A stretch of 57,138 nt of DNA from Vulcanimicrobiota bacterium (GTDB taxonomy: Bacteria > Vulcanimicrobiota > Vulcanimicrobiia > Vulcanimicrobiales > Vulcanimicrobiaceae), in contig DAIBFU010000001.1 in NCBI GenBank assembly GCA_027422105.1, positions 1-57,138 on the forward strand. Reading direction: 5' to 3'. The notes under the pieces were generated by a model, which had not been told where the DNA came from, did no database searches, and saw only the letters and a program-made list of their open reading frames with translations. The stretch's first letter is position 1, and the number at the start of each line of letters is the position of its first letter. Of this stretch, positions 8,052 to 19,300 are shown piece by piece. The translations under genes and the position numbers were made by a program.

Positions 8052-9344
8052 CTACAGGGGGGGCACGATCCGGTCGGTGCCCACGTAGCCGCGTAGCGCC
8101 TCGGGAATGCTCACGCTGCCGTCCTCTTGCTGGTAATTTTCGAGAATGGCGAGCAGCGTACGGCCGACCGCTAGGCCGGATCCGTTGAGCGTGTGGACGA
8201 GCTCCGGTTTCGCTTTCGCCTCGCGGCGGAAACGCATCTGTGCGCGTCGGGCTTGAAAATCGGTGCAATTCGAACAGGAGCTGATCTCGCGATACTCGTT
8301 GCTGCTGGGGAGCCAGACCTCGAGATCGTAGGTTTTCGCGGAGTTGAAGCTGAGATCGCCGGCGCAGAGCGCGAGAACGCGATAGGGAAGGCCGAGTTCC
8401 TCGAGGAGCGCAGCGGCGTCTGCGGTCATTTTTTCGAGCGCCGCGAAAGAATCTTCGGGACGTTCGATCCGGACGAGTTCGACCTTCTCGAATTGATGTT
8501 GGCGAATCAGTCCGCGCGTGTCCTTGCCAGCTGCTCCCGCTTCTTTGCGAAAGCACGGTGAGTATGCGGCATAGCGAATCGGCAGCGCCGCTCCGTCGAA
8601 GATCTCTTCGCCGTGCAGAGCGGTAAGCGGAACTTCGGCGGTAGGAATGAGATAGAGACCGGCTTCGAGATCGGCGAACATCGCGTCGGAGAATTTGGTG
8701 AGTTGCCCGGTTCTCCACATCGTTTGTTGGGTAACGAGGTAGGGCGGTGCAATTTCGAGGTACCCACGCTCGGCGGCGCGATCGAGAAAGAATTGCGCGA
8801 TCGCACGCGAGAGCCGCGCACCGAGCCCGCGCAGTACGGCAAAGCGGCTTCCCGAAAGTTTTGCCGCGCGCTCGAAATCGAGAATGCCGAGGCGCTCGCC
8901 GACCTCCCAATGCGGTTGCGGCGTGAATGCAAAACTGCGCGGCGTTCCCCAACTGCGCACCGTGACGTTGCTCGAGGCATCCGCCCCATCGGGCGTACTC
9001 TCGTCGATGATATTCGGCGACTGCACTAAGAGTTCGCGCAGCGGTGAATCCGGCGTATCGGGAGCGAGCGCTTTCGCCGCTTCATCGAGCGCGGAGATCT
9101 CGGCGTCGAGCGCGGCGATCTGCGGGCGAAGCGTTGCCGTTGCCGCCGCTCGGTCGCTCGCCTTTGCGATCTCAGCGCTGAGCCGATTTTTTTCAGCCTT
9201 TTTTGTTTCGAGATCGGTGAGAGCGAGGCGGTGCCGCTCGTCGAGACGCAGAATCTCATCGACGAACGACGGATCGCTACCGCGCCGAATTGCGGAACGA
9301 CGGATGCGGTCGGGGTCGCGACGACAGAGAGAAATATCGAGCAT
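8052..9344 (-). CDS. serS: seryl-tRNA synthetase
   Basis: N-terminal coiled-coil MLDISLCRRDPDRIRRSAIRRG, plus class II motifs TAEVPLT, FRKEAG and GSGLAVGRTL. Confidence 0.95.
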   Translation of the reverse strand: MLDISLCRRDPDRIRRSAIRRGSDPSFVDEILRLDERHRLALTDLETKKAEKNRLSAEIAKASDRAAATATLRPQIAALDAEISALDEAAKALAPDTPDSPLRELLVQSPNIIDESTPDGADASSNVTVRSWGTPRSFAFTPQPHWEVGERLGILDFERAAKLSGSRFAVLRGLGARLSRAIAQFFLDRAAERGYLEIAPPYLVTQQTMWRTGQLTKFSDAMFADLEAGLYLIPTAEVPLTALHGEEIFDGAALPIRYAAYSPCFRKEAGAAGKDTRGLIRQHQFEKVELVRIERPEDSFAALEKMTADAAALLEELGLPYRVLALCAGDLSFNSAKTYDLEVWLPSSNEYREISSCSNCTDFQARRAQMRFRREAKAKPELVHTLNGSGLAVGRTLLAILENYQQEDGSVSIPEALRGYVGTDRIVPPL

Positions 9345-10587
9345 GGAACTCCGCGCGGTTGGCTTTGATGAATCGCGACTCCTCGCGCCGGAGCGCGCTT
9401 TGGAGGTTTTTTTTCAGCGCACGACGTTGCCGCAGCCGCAGCGCGAGAGTATCGAGCTCGACAGCGCACTCGGACGCTATCTCGCCGTCGATGTGCGCTC
9501 CGCGTCGGCGCTTCCGGTGGCCGCGCGATCGGCGATGGACGGCTTTGCACTCGCCGCGGCGAGCGCACCGGGACGACTGCGAATCGTCGGGGCGGTGGCG
9601 ATGGGGCGCCGCTATTCCGGTCGCGTCGGCCCCGGCGAGGCGGTGCGGATTCCGACCGGTGGATTGCTCCCTCCGGGTTGCGATGCGGTGCTGCCGATCG
9701 AGGCGGCGCAACTCGAGGGCGACGAACTCGCATGTGGATCGGTCGCTCCGGGCGAGGCGGTTACCCCCGCCGGGAGCGACGTCGGTGCCGGCGAGCTCCT
9801 GCTGACGCCGGGCCGACGGATCGGCGCGCCGGAACTCTCGTTGCTTGCGACCCTCGGCTATGCACGCGTGGAGGTTTTCCGCCGCCCGCGTATCGCGGTG
9901 CTTTCCAGCGGAGATGAACTCGTGGCGATCGATCGACAGCCCGAAGCGTGGCAGGTTCGCGATTCGAATCGCTACGCAATCGCCGGAGCGCTGCGCGCGA
10001 TCGGTGCGGAGGCGATCCATCTTCCCAGTATCGGCGATGCTCCCGGTGAACTGCTCGCCGCGCTCGAGGCGGCGGTCGCTACGTTCGATGCCGTCGTGTT
10101 GAGCGGCGGCTCCTCGGTCGGAGAGCGCGACGAAACGCCGGTTGCGGTCGCCGCCCTCGGCTCCCCCGGCACGATCGTCCACGGTCTCAAAGTGAAGCCC
10201 GGAAAACCGACGCTGCTCGGTGCGGTCGGCGGGGTTCCGATTCTCGGCCTGCCGGGAAACCCGAGCTCCTCGCTCCTGATCCTCGATGCCGTCGGCGGGC
10301 CGATTCTCTCGCGACTCTGCGGCGCGCAGCCGCGAACGGCGGCAGTTTCAGCGCATCTCGGTGCCCCGGTGCAGAAGCGTCGCGGCTGGACCTGGTACCT
10401 TCCCGCCGTGCTGCAGCAAGGGCCCGACGGCCTTGTGGCGCAACCTCTCGCCCTACGTTCATCGATGACGAGCCTAGCCGCCCGTTCCGACGGTTATCTC
10501 GCCCTCGGTGAAGAGGTCGAAACGCTCGCGGTTGGGGAGCGCGTCGACATCTACCGCTACGCTCATGGAGGACCCCCTACCGCGTGA
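9343..10587 (+). CDS. moeA: molybdopterin molybdenumtransferase
   Basis: Start trimmed to the ATG at 9343 (MELRAVGFDES...). Supporting motifs are SAMDGFAL, GGSSVGERD, VKPGKP and LPGNPSS. Confidence 0.9.
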   Translation: MELRAVGFDESRLLAPERALEVFFQRTTLPQPQRESIELDSALGRYLAVDVRSASALPVAARSAMDGFALAAASAPGRLRIVGAVAMGRRYSGRVGPGEAVRIPTGGLLPPGCDAVLPIEAAQLEGDELACGSVAPGEAVTPAGSDVGAGELLLTPGRRIGAPELSLLATLGYARVEVFRRPRIAVLSSGDELVAIDRQPEAWQVRDSNRYAIAGALRAIGAEAIHLPSIGDAPGELLAALEAAVATFDAVVLSGGSSVGERDETPVAVAALGSPGTIVHGLKVKPGKPTLLGAVGGVPILGLPGNPSSSLLILDAVGGPILSRLCGAQPRTAAVSAHLGAPVQKRRGWTWYLPAVLQQGPDGLVAQPLALRSSMTSLAARSDGYLALGEEVETLAVGERVDIYRYAHGGPPTA

Positions 10588-11681
10588 TTTGGGCGAATTC
10601 CACTATCGAGGTTATTCCGGCAGGCGAGCCGTTTATCGGTCCCGAGCGCATCATGCGCGAGCGTGGTCGGCAAACGATGCTCCGACTCGGAGCGAACGAG
10701 AGCGCGTTCGGCCCGTCGCCGCAGGCGATCGCGGCGATGACCGCCGAGCTTTCGCATCTCTCGTGGTACGGCGATCCCGATTCCTACGACCTGCGCAGCG
10801 CGCTCGCCGAACGCTGGGATGCGAGTCGCGACGAACTGCTCGTGACCAGCGGCATCGACGAACTCCTCGGCCTGGTCGTACGCTGCTTTCTTGCCCCAGG
10901 TGAGACCGCGGTGAGTTCGGCGGGCACCTACCCGACCTTCGCGTATCACGCGATCGGCTACGGCGGGCGCGTCGAGAGCGTTCCCTATCGCAGCAACGGG
11001 AGCATCGATCTCGATGCGTTGGCGGCGGCAGCGCAACGCTGCGATGCCGCAATCTGCTATCTCGCCAATCCCGACAATCCCAGCGGTTTCTTCGTCGATG
11101 CCGATGCAATCGCAGGCTTCCGCTCGGCGCTGCCGGCGCGGACGTTGCTCTTACTCGACGAGGCCTATGCGGAGTTTGCCGATCCGGCGGCGCTCCCCGC
11201 ATCGCGACCGCTCCCCGGTGTCGTGCGCGCGCGAACGTTCTCGAAACTCTACGGATTAGCCGGAGCGCGCATCGGTTACGGCGTTGCGCCGCAAGCGTTG
11301 CTCGCCCCGATGCTGAAGGTGCGTTTGCAGTACGGCGTCAATCGGAACGCGCAGATCGGCGCGCTCGCGGCATTGAAGGACGCTGCGTTCGCGCGCGACG
11401 TTCTCGAACGGACCGCTCGCGGACGCGCCGAGTATGCGGCGCTCGGGGCCGAACTCGGGTTGCCGACGCTCGACTCGGCGACGAACTTCGTCTGTTTCGA
11501 TTGTTCCTCGCGCGAGCGAGCCGATGCATTGCTCGAGGCATTGCTGCAGCGCGGAGTTTGGACGCGCAAGCCGGGGCTCGCACCGCTCGATCGATGTGTC
11601 CGCGTCACCGTCGGTAACGAGAGCGATCGCGAGCGATTTGCAAGCGAACTGCGAGCGGTCTGCACGCGAGTGACGGCATGA
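10584..11681 (+). CDS. hisC: histidinol-phosphate aminotransferase-like class II aminotransferase
   Basis: LGANESAFGPSP, NPDNPSG and FSKLYGLAGARIGY (PLP Lys). The GTG start overlaps the moeA stop (GTGA). Confidence 0.75.
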   Translation: MIWANSTIEVIPAGEPFIGPERIMRERGRQTMLRLGANESAFGPSPQAIAAMTAELSHLSWYGDPDSYDLRSALAERWDASRDELLVTSGIDELLGLVVRCFLAPGETAVSSAGTYPTFAYHAIGYGGRVESVPYRSNGSIDLDALAAAAQRCDAAICYLANPDNPSGFFVDADAIAGFRSALPARTLLLLDEAYAEFADPAALPASRPLPGVVRARTFSKLYGLAGARIGYGVAPQALLAPMLKVRLQYGVNRNAQIGALAALKDAAFARDVLERTARGRAEYAALGAELGLPTLDSATNFVCFDCSSRERADALLEALLQRGVWTRKPGLAPLDRCVRVTVGNESDRERFASELRAVCTRVTA

Positions 11682-12409
11682 GATACGCATTTATCTCCGA
11701 TATTCACTCGAATATCGAAGCGCTCGATGCGGCGCTGGCGTTTATCGCGCCTGAGGACATCGTTGTTTGTCTCGGCGATATCGTCGGGTACGGACCGAAT
11801 CCGAATGAATGTATCGCGCGGGTGCGCGAGCGCTCGCAGTATGTCGTTCTCGGCAATCACGATCTCGCCGTACTCAACGGTTTTGGCGTCGATCGCTTTA
11901 ACGACGCCGCGCGCGCAGCTGTCGCATGGACGCGCGACGTCCTCGACCCGGAGCATCTCGCGTGGATCGATACGCTCGCCTACGAACTGCGCCTGCCGGA
12001 GATGCTTTTCGTCCATGGTGCGCCGGTCGATTATTTTGAATACATCCTCGACGTGCGCGAAGCGGCGACGGCCTTTGCGGCCACCGACGCTCCGGTCGTC
12101 TTCATCGGGCACACGCATATCCCCGAATTATGGACGCTCGATGCAGACGGAGCCTACGGGCACATTCACGTGCAGCACGGCGGCACCCACCGGCTCGATA
12201 TCGCCGCTGGGAATCGCTATATCGTCGATGTCGGAAGCGTCGGACAACCGCGCGATCTCAACCCCGAGGGATCGATTGCCATCTACGACGATGTCCACAA
12301 AGATGTCGAGTGGGTGCGTTTTGAATACGATATCGGAAAGACGCAAGCAAAAATTCGTTCCGTCGGATTACCGGGATATCTCGCCATGCGTCTAGGGTCG
12401 GGGCGGTGA
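11678..12409 (+). CDS. metallophosphoesterase (calcineurin-like phosphoesterase)
   Basis: Motifs SDIHSN, GDIVGYGP, GNHD and GHTH. ATGA overlap with hisC. Confidence 0.85.
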   Translation: MRYAFISDIHSNIEALDAALAFIAPEDIVVCLGDIVGYGPNPNECIARVRERSQYVVLGNHDLAVLNGFGVDRFNDAARAAVAWTRDVLDPEHLAWIDTLAYELRLPEMLFVHGAPVDYFEYILDVREAATAFAATDAPVVFIGHTHIPELWTLDADGAYGHIHVQHGGTHRLDIAAGNRYIVDVGSVGQPRDLNPEGSIAIYDDVHKDVEWVRFEYDIGKTQAKIRSVGLPGYLAMRLGSGR

Positions 12410-12858
12410 GCGGGGTGCCCGTCGACGACGGTCGCTGTTTTGCGTGCGGTCCCGAGAACGACATCGGCTTGCACATGCAGTTCGAACGCAGCGGCGATGG
12501 TGTCGTCGCGCACCTCCGTCTTCGCCCTGAATTTCAAGGCTGGAAGGGAATCGCGCACGGCGGCATCGCCATCGCCCTGCTCGACGAGGTGATGGCGCAC
12601 GCGGCGGGCGCTGCCGGGCATCGCGGCGTTACCGCATCGCTCGACGCGCGCTTTCGGAAGCCGGTTCCGCTCGACGAACCTTTGGTGGTCTTCGGTCGCG
12701 TTACCGGAGAGCGCCGCAACGTGCTTTCGCTGGAAGGGCGCGTGAGCGATCTCGCCGGGAATATCTTGCTCGAAGGCACGGCGCGATTTCTCTCTCGCGG
12801 GCCGCTCGAAGCGGTCGACGACCGTCGGAACCCCAATGCCGATGTAGCGGGGCGCTGA
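12406..12858 (+). CDS. PaaI-family hotdog-fold thioesterase
   Basis: CFACGPENDIGLHMQF and GIAHGGIAIALLDEVMAHA. Confidence 0.8.
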   Translation: MSGVPVDDGRCFACGPENDIGLHMQFERSGDGVVAHLRLRPEFQGWKGIAHGGIAIALLDEVMAHAAGAAGHRGVTASLDARFRKPVPLDEPLVVFGRVTGERRNVLSLEGRVSDLAGNILLEGTARFLSRGPLEAVDDRRNPNADVAGR

Positions 12859-12860
12859 CG

Positions 12861-13358
12861 GTGGCAAAGATGAAACAGCAGCGCCTCGCCGAGGCGCAAG
12901 CCGCGAGCAGCGCGCGTACGCCGAGTATCGACAATCGCCGCGCTCGCCACGATTATGCGATTCTCGAATCGCTGGAAGCGGGCGTCGCGCTTACCGGTAC
13001 CGAGGTGAAATCGATTCGCGCGGGCGGTGCGAGCATCGCCGAAAGCTATGCGCGCATTCGCGATGGGGAGTTATGGCTGCTCGGAATGCACGTTCCGAGT
13101 TATCGTGAAGGAACGTTTTCAAACGTCGACCCGAAACGTCCGCGCAAATTGCTCGTGCATCGCGAACAGATCGCGCGTTTGAAATCGGCGCTCGAAGAGA
13201 AGGGGCTGACGCTCATTCCGCTTCGCCTCTATTTTACGCGCGGTAAAGTCAAGATCGAATTGGGGCTCGCTCGGGGAAAGAAAATGTGGGATAAGCGTGC
13301 CGATCTTGTCAAGCGCGAGAGCGCGCGCGAGACCGAACGCGAACTAGCCCGACGATGA
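12861..13358 (+). CDS. smpB: SsrA-binding protein
   Basis: NRRARHDYAILESLEAGVALTGTEVKSIR, and the C-terminal tail KKMWDKRADLVKRE. Confidence 0.95.
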   Translation: MAKMKQQRLAEAQAASSARTPSIDNRRARHDYAILESLEAGVALTGTEVKSIRAGGASIAESYARIRDGELWLLGMHVPSYREGTFSNVDPKRPRKLLVHREQIARLKSALEEKGLTLIPLRLYFTRGKVKIELGLARGKKMWDKRADLVKRESARETERELARR

Positions 13359-14239
13359 GGGGGGCGCATCCCGAACGCGATCTTGAAATCGCCGTTTTGC
13401 GGGAGCGCGCGCTCTTGGTCGGGCGCAGAATCAGCGTGGCGTGCAGCGGTGGGGCGGATTCCGTTGCGCTGGTCGCCGTTCTTGCTGCGCTCGCCGAGCG
13501 ACTCGACCTGCAACTGCGCGTCGCCTACGTCCACCACGCGATGCGACGTTCGGCCTGGCAAGATGAATGCGTGGTACTGCGCGTCGGTTCCGGCCTCGGG
13601 ATTCCGGTCGATACGCTGGCCATCGAACCCGAAGGCGCTGACGAAGCGACGCTGCGCGACCGTCGCTACGAGGCGTTGCTCGAACACGCACGCGCATGGG
13701 GCAACGATGCGGTCGTCACTGCGCACCACGCGCAGGATCAGACGGAGAGCGTTTTGCTCGCGCTCTTTCGCGGTGCCGGCGAGCGCGGGCTCGGCGGGAT
13801 GCGCGTACGCCGCCCGCTCTCGCCGGAGGTCGAACTGCTGCGTCCGCTCCTCGCCGTCGACGGGGAGGTGCTGCGCGCCTATTGCCACGTTCGCACGCTG
13901 CCCTACGCCGTCGACCCGAGCAACGCCGAGCTCGACGTGCGCCGCAATGCCGTGCGCGATGCGCTCGATGCGTTGCGGCCGCGCTTTCCGGGGCTCGACC
14001 GTGCGGTTGCTCGCGCGGCGAAGATCGCGGGGAACGCCGCCGCCGCCGAAGATGCCGATCGCGCCGCGGCGCGGCGCTGGCTCGCCGGTGCGCTGATGCG
14101 CCGTCTCGGCCGCGAAGCGGGGGCGTTCGAGCGCGTCGACGCGCTCCTCGTAGCGATCGAGCGCGGGGGGAGCGGACGCTACGGGCTCGGAGGAGGGGCA
14201 AGCGTGCTGTTGCAAGACGGAATGCCGGTGGAAGAATGA
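13355..14239 (+). CDS. tilS: tRNA(Ile)-lysidine synthetase
   Basis: PP-loop VACSGGADSVAL, plus the conserved tilS-hpt-ftsH synteny. Confidence 0.9.
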   Translation: MRGAHPERDLEIAVLRERALLVGRRISVACSGGADSVALVAVLAALAERLDLQLRVAYVHHAMRRSAWQDECVVLRVGSGLGIPVDTLAIEPEGADEATLRDRRYEALLEHARAWGNDAVVTAHHAQDQTESVLLALFRGAGERGLGGMRVRRPLSPEVELLRPLLAVDGEVLRAYCHVRTLPYAVDPSNAELDVRRNAVRDALDALRPRFPGLDRAVARAAKIAGNAAAAEDADRAAARRWLAGALMRRLGREAGAFERVDALLVAIERGGSGRYGLGGGASVLLQDGMPVEE

Positions 14240-14808
14240 ACGACTATCGAGATGCTATCGCCGAGGTGCTCTTCGACGAAAGTCGCATAAACGCAGCGAT
14301 CGAGGAGATGGCTGCGGCGATTGCGCGGGACTTTTCCGGGGAACCAATGCTGGTGGTCGGGGTGTTGAAAGGGGCGCTCTTCGTCTTCACCGATTTGGTT
14401 CGGGCAATCGCCCGACAACCGAACGCCCCGAGCGAACTGAACGTTGAGACGATATGGGCTTCAAGTTACGGGAACGCGACGCGGTCGAGCGGGGAGGTTC
14501 AATTGCGAAAGGATCTCGCCGGGTCGGTCCGCGGCCGCAACGTCCTGCTGGTGGACGACATCGTCGATAACGGGTTAACGATGCAGTATCTGCGCGAGCT
14601 GCTCGTTCAACGGTCGCCGGCGCGGTTGCGCACCGCCGCACTCTTAGAGAAGCCTGAGCGCCGTCTCGTCGACGTGCCTCTCGATTACGTCGGCCTGCGT
14701 TGCCCCAACGCCTTTGTCGTAGGTTACGGCCTCGACTATCGGGAACTCTATCGGAATCTGCCCATCATCGCGCGCCTCAAACCGGAGTCGTTCGCTCCCG
14801 AGAAGTAG
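14236..14808 (+). CDS. hpt: hypoxanthine phosphoribosyltransferase
   Basis: Start trimmed to the ATG at 14236 (ATGA overlap with tilS). PRPP-binding motif VLLVDDIVDNGLT. Confidence 0.92.
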   Translation: MNDYRDAIAEVLFDESRINAAIEEMAAAIARDFSGEPMLVVGVLKGALFVFTDLVRAIARQPNAPSELNVETIWASSYGNATRSSGEVQLRKDLAGSVRGRNVLLVDDIVDNGLTMQYLRELLVQRSPARLRTAALLEKPERRLVDVPLDYVGLRCPNAFVVGYGLDYRELYRNLPIIARLKPESFAPEK

Positions 14809-14823
14809 TGAGATCGTACCATT

Positions 14824-16730
<1,907 letters not shown>

Positions 16731-16734
<4 letters not shown>

Positions 16735-18014
16735 AGCGCCTCGCACACGCGATTCTCGCGTTTGCCGTTCTCGCTCCGATCCTCGTCGTTCCTCGCGCAA
16801 GCGCGGAGCAGGGCGTAGCGATCGGCGAACTGCACAGCGGCGCGAGCTATGCGTTTGCCGCCGACCCGGGCTCGCCGACCGCGGCGATCGGCCTTTGGTT
16901 GCGCGTGCCTGCAAGCGGCTATTCGTTCGATGCTCCGGGAATCGCCGATCTTGCGGCGCATGCCCTCGCCGACGCTCCGATCGCGGGCGGATCGTCGTTG
17001 CGCGAGATCGTCGAAAACGTCGGCGGAACGATCGAGATCGAGCCGTCACCGAATCTTTTAGGAATCAGTGTCGTTGTTCCCAAGGCGGAGGCATCGACCG
17101 CGCTCCACGCGTTGACGCAAGCCTATTTTGCCGGAACGATCGACGAAAAAACGCTCGACGAAGCGCGGCACGAGACCGGTGTACGTGCCGTCGAAGAGCG
17201 TTTTAATATCGAGAACGAACTCGAGACCCATCTTTTTGCAGCGCTTTTCTCCGATGGACCGATGCACTCGCCGATCTATCCGACCTCGGCTTCATCGCTC
17301 GATGCGATTCATTTGCAACGCGTACAGCAGTATGCCGAGCGAGCTTTTCGCCCGGGGAATGCGAGCCTTTCGTTTGCGGGCGCGGTCGGTGACGGACTCT
17401 TAGGGGATGTCTCGGTGGGCGGACGCTCGGGAAACGACGCGCCGATCGGATCGCCGGTCAGTGCGAGTGCTTCAACGCAGTCGGTCGAAGGTTCGAGCAG
17501 GGCCATCGCCATCGGGTTCGCAGGGCCGCCGATTACCTCGCGCGATGATGCCACGGCGCTCGATTTTGTCGCGTCGGCCCTTCTCGACCGGCAACTGGGC
17601 CGGGCGTTACCGCTGCCTACCGGAAATGTGGCGGTGGCGCGCTTCGTCACGTTGCAAAGCGTCGGCGTCTTTACCATCTTTGGTGTCGGCAACGATCCAA
17701 AAAAGATGGAAAATGTGTTGCTTGCGGATCTCACGCGATTGCGCACGCCGCTCTCGCAATCGCGTTTTCAACGCCTGCTTCGAGCTTTTCAGTTTCATAT
17801 CGCCTCGGCGATCGACGTGCCCCAGGGGCTCGCCGATAATCTCGGTTGGTATGCTGCCGCGGGTGACGCGGCATATGCCCCCGGCTTGCCGGGTGGTGCG
17901 TATGCCCGGAGTATTGCACGGCTCACACCGGAGCGCATTGCCGCCGCGGTGCGACGTTATCTCAACCATCCAACGACGATCATCATGAACCCCATCGCAG
18001 AAAAGAGCGTGTAA
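16731..18014 (+). CDS. secreted M16 (pitrilysin) family peptidase homologue, zinc motif degenerate
   Basis: Signal peptide MKRLAHAILAFAVLAPILVVPRASA. The position aligned to HxxEH reads AHALAD. GTGA overlap with ftsH. Confidence 0.75.
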
Positions 18015-19300
18015 TGAAGCGCCTCGCGCCGTTCGCCGTCGCCCTTCTCCTCGCAGCGCTCTGTACGCCGCAGAACGTCCGCGCCGAAAGCGGAAGTGCA
18101 ACTGCGGCATTGCCGGTTCGTCCGGTGACCTTCGTGCAATTCGATCTGCGCGCCGGGCTCGACCGGGAGCGCGAGAGCGAGAACGGTGTCGCAGCGCTCG
18201 ATGCGCACCTGCTCGCGCGGACACCGGTCGAGGTCGGCGGCCTCTCGCTGCCGCTGCAAGATGCAATCCGTTCCGAGGGCGGCGATCTCAGTATCAACGT
18301 CCATGACAATCGCGTCGCGATCGAACTCGCGGGGCTCCCGCAGGCGATGCCGACCCTCGTCGATGTGTTGGCGACGGCGATGAATGCACCGGACTTCTCG
18401 CTGGCAGCCCTGACCGAGGCGCGGAGAGCGCTCCTCGACCGAATCGCAGAACGTCGGCAGAATAACTGGGAGTTGGCGACGGAGATGTTGCGCCGTTCGT
18501 TCGCGCGTTCGGGCAATCTCGCGATGCCGCTCGAGGGGACACCGTTTTCGATTCAACATCTTTCGATCGCGCAAGCGCGAGCGTTCTATCGTTGGAACTA
18601 TCGGCGTGGAGACCTCGCAACCACGATCGTCGGCGAAGAAACGCCGGGGCTCGCCGCCGCACTCACACGTCTCGGTAATGCGCTTCCCGGCGGCAAGTCG
18701 CCGCGGGTGAACTCGCCGTCGTTGTCGCTCGATGCGTCGAGTTTGATCTTACGCACGACGAGACCGACGCTCTCGACGATGATCGTCGCGTCATTTCTGG
18801 CCCCCAAACCGACCTCGGCGGATTTCCCCGCGATGTTGGTCGAGGCGGCGCTGATGAAACGGATTCTCGCCGAAACGGCGGGTCTGCCCAAAGGGCTCGA
18901 TGCGTTTTATATCCGCCGATCCTACGGTGCTCGATATCGCTCGCTCGGCGGGCATCCGCAGTTACTGCTCTATGCCTCGGGTGCGGTCGGTCGCCCCGAT
19001 CGGCTCATCGGTGGAGCGCTCGCGCTATCGCAGATGATCGGTGATGGGAAACTTCACGGGAATATCGATCGCTTGAAGGCGCAGGCGATCGGTGATTTTG
19101 CTCGCCAGGAAAGCGATCCGCGACTCCGTTTGCGTCTGCTACGCGTTTATCGTGCAGCCGGCGGCACCGGCGACCCGGTCGTAAAAATCATCGCAGCAAT
19201 TGCGAAAGTAACTCCTGCCGATCTGGCGCGCGTTGCAAAACGCTATCTCGTCCATCCCACCATCGCCGTCGTGCAGGGAAGCGACGGAAGCGGCTCCTGA
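18014..19300 (+). CDS. secreted M16 family peptidase homologue (second subunit), zinc motif degenerate
   Basis: Signal peptide MKRLAPFAVALLLAALCTPQNVRA. The position aligned to HxxEH reads AHLLAR. TAATG junction with the upstream paralogue. Confidence 0.75.
   Translation: MKRLAPFAVALLLAALCTPQNVRAESGSATAALPVRPVTFVQFDLRAGLDRERESENGVAALDAHLLARTPVEVGGLSLPLQDAIRSEGGDLSINVHDNRVAIELAGLPQAMPTLVDVLATAMNAPDFSLAALTEARRALLDRIAERRQNNWELATEMLRRSFARSGNLAMPLEGTPFSIQHLSIAQARAFYRWNYRRGDLATTIVGEETPGLAAALTRLGNALPGGKSPRVNSPSLSLDASSLILRTTRPTLSTMIVASFLAPKPTSADFPAMLVEAALMKRILAETAGLPKGLDAFYIRRSYGARYRSLGGHPQLLLYASGAVGRPDRLIGGALALSQMIGDGKLHGNIDRLKAQAIGDFARQESDPRLRLRLLRVYRAAGGTGDPVVKIIAAIAKVTPADLARVAKRYLVHPTIAVVQGSDGSGS

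Noticed and set aside
8884-9342. N-terminal extensions of tracked ORFs. Examples are 8884 for moeA, 13696 for hpt, 39956 for folP, 51777 for nadK, 51574 for tlyA, 48992 for xseB, 49713 for the second zinc-ribbon gene, 35153 for the small membrane protein, 22226-23290 for rsmA and 23047-24309 for the yabE-like gene.
   Set aside because: The extensions overlap the preceding, well-supported gene in another frame and are low-complexity. Internal starts give ATGA/GTGA coupling and family-typical N-termini.
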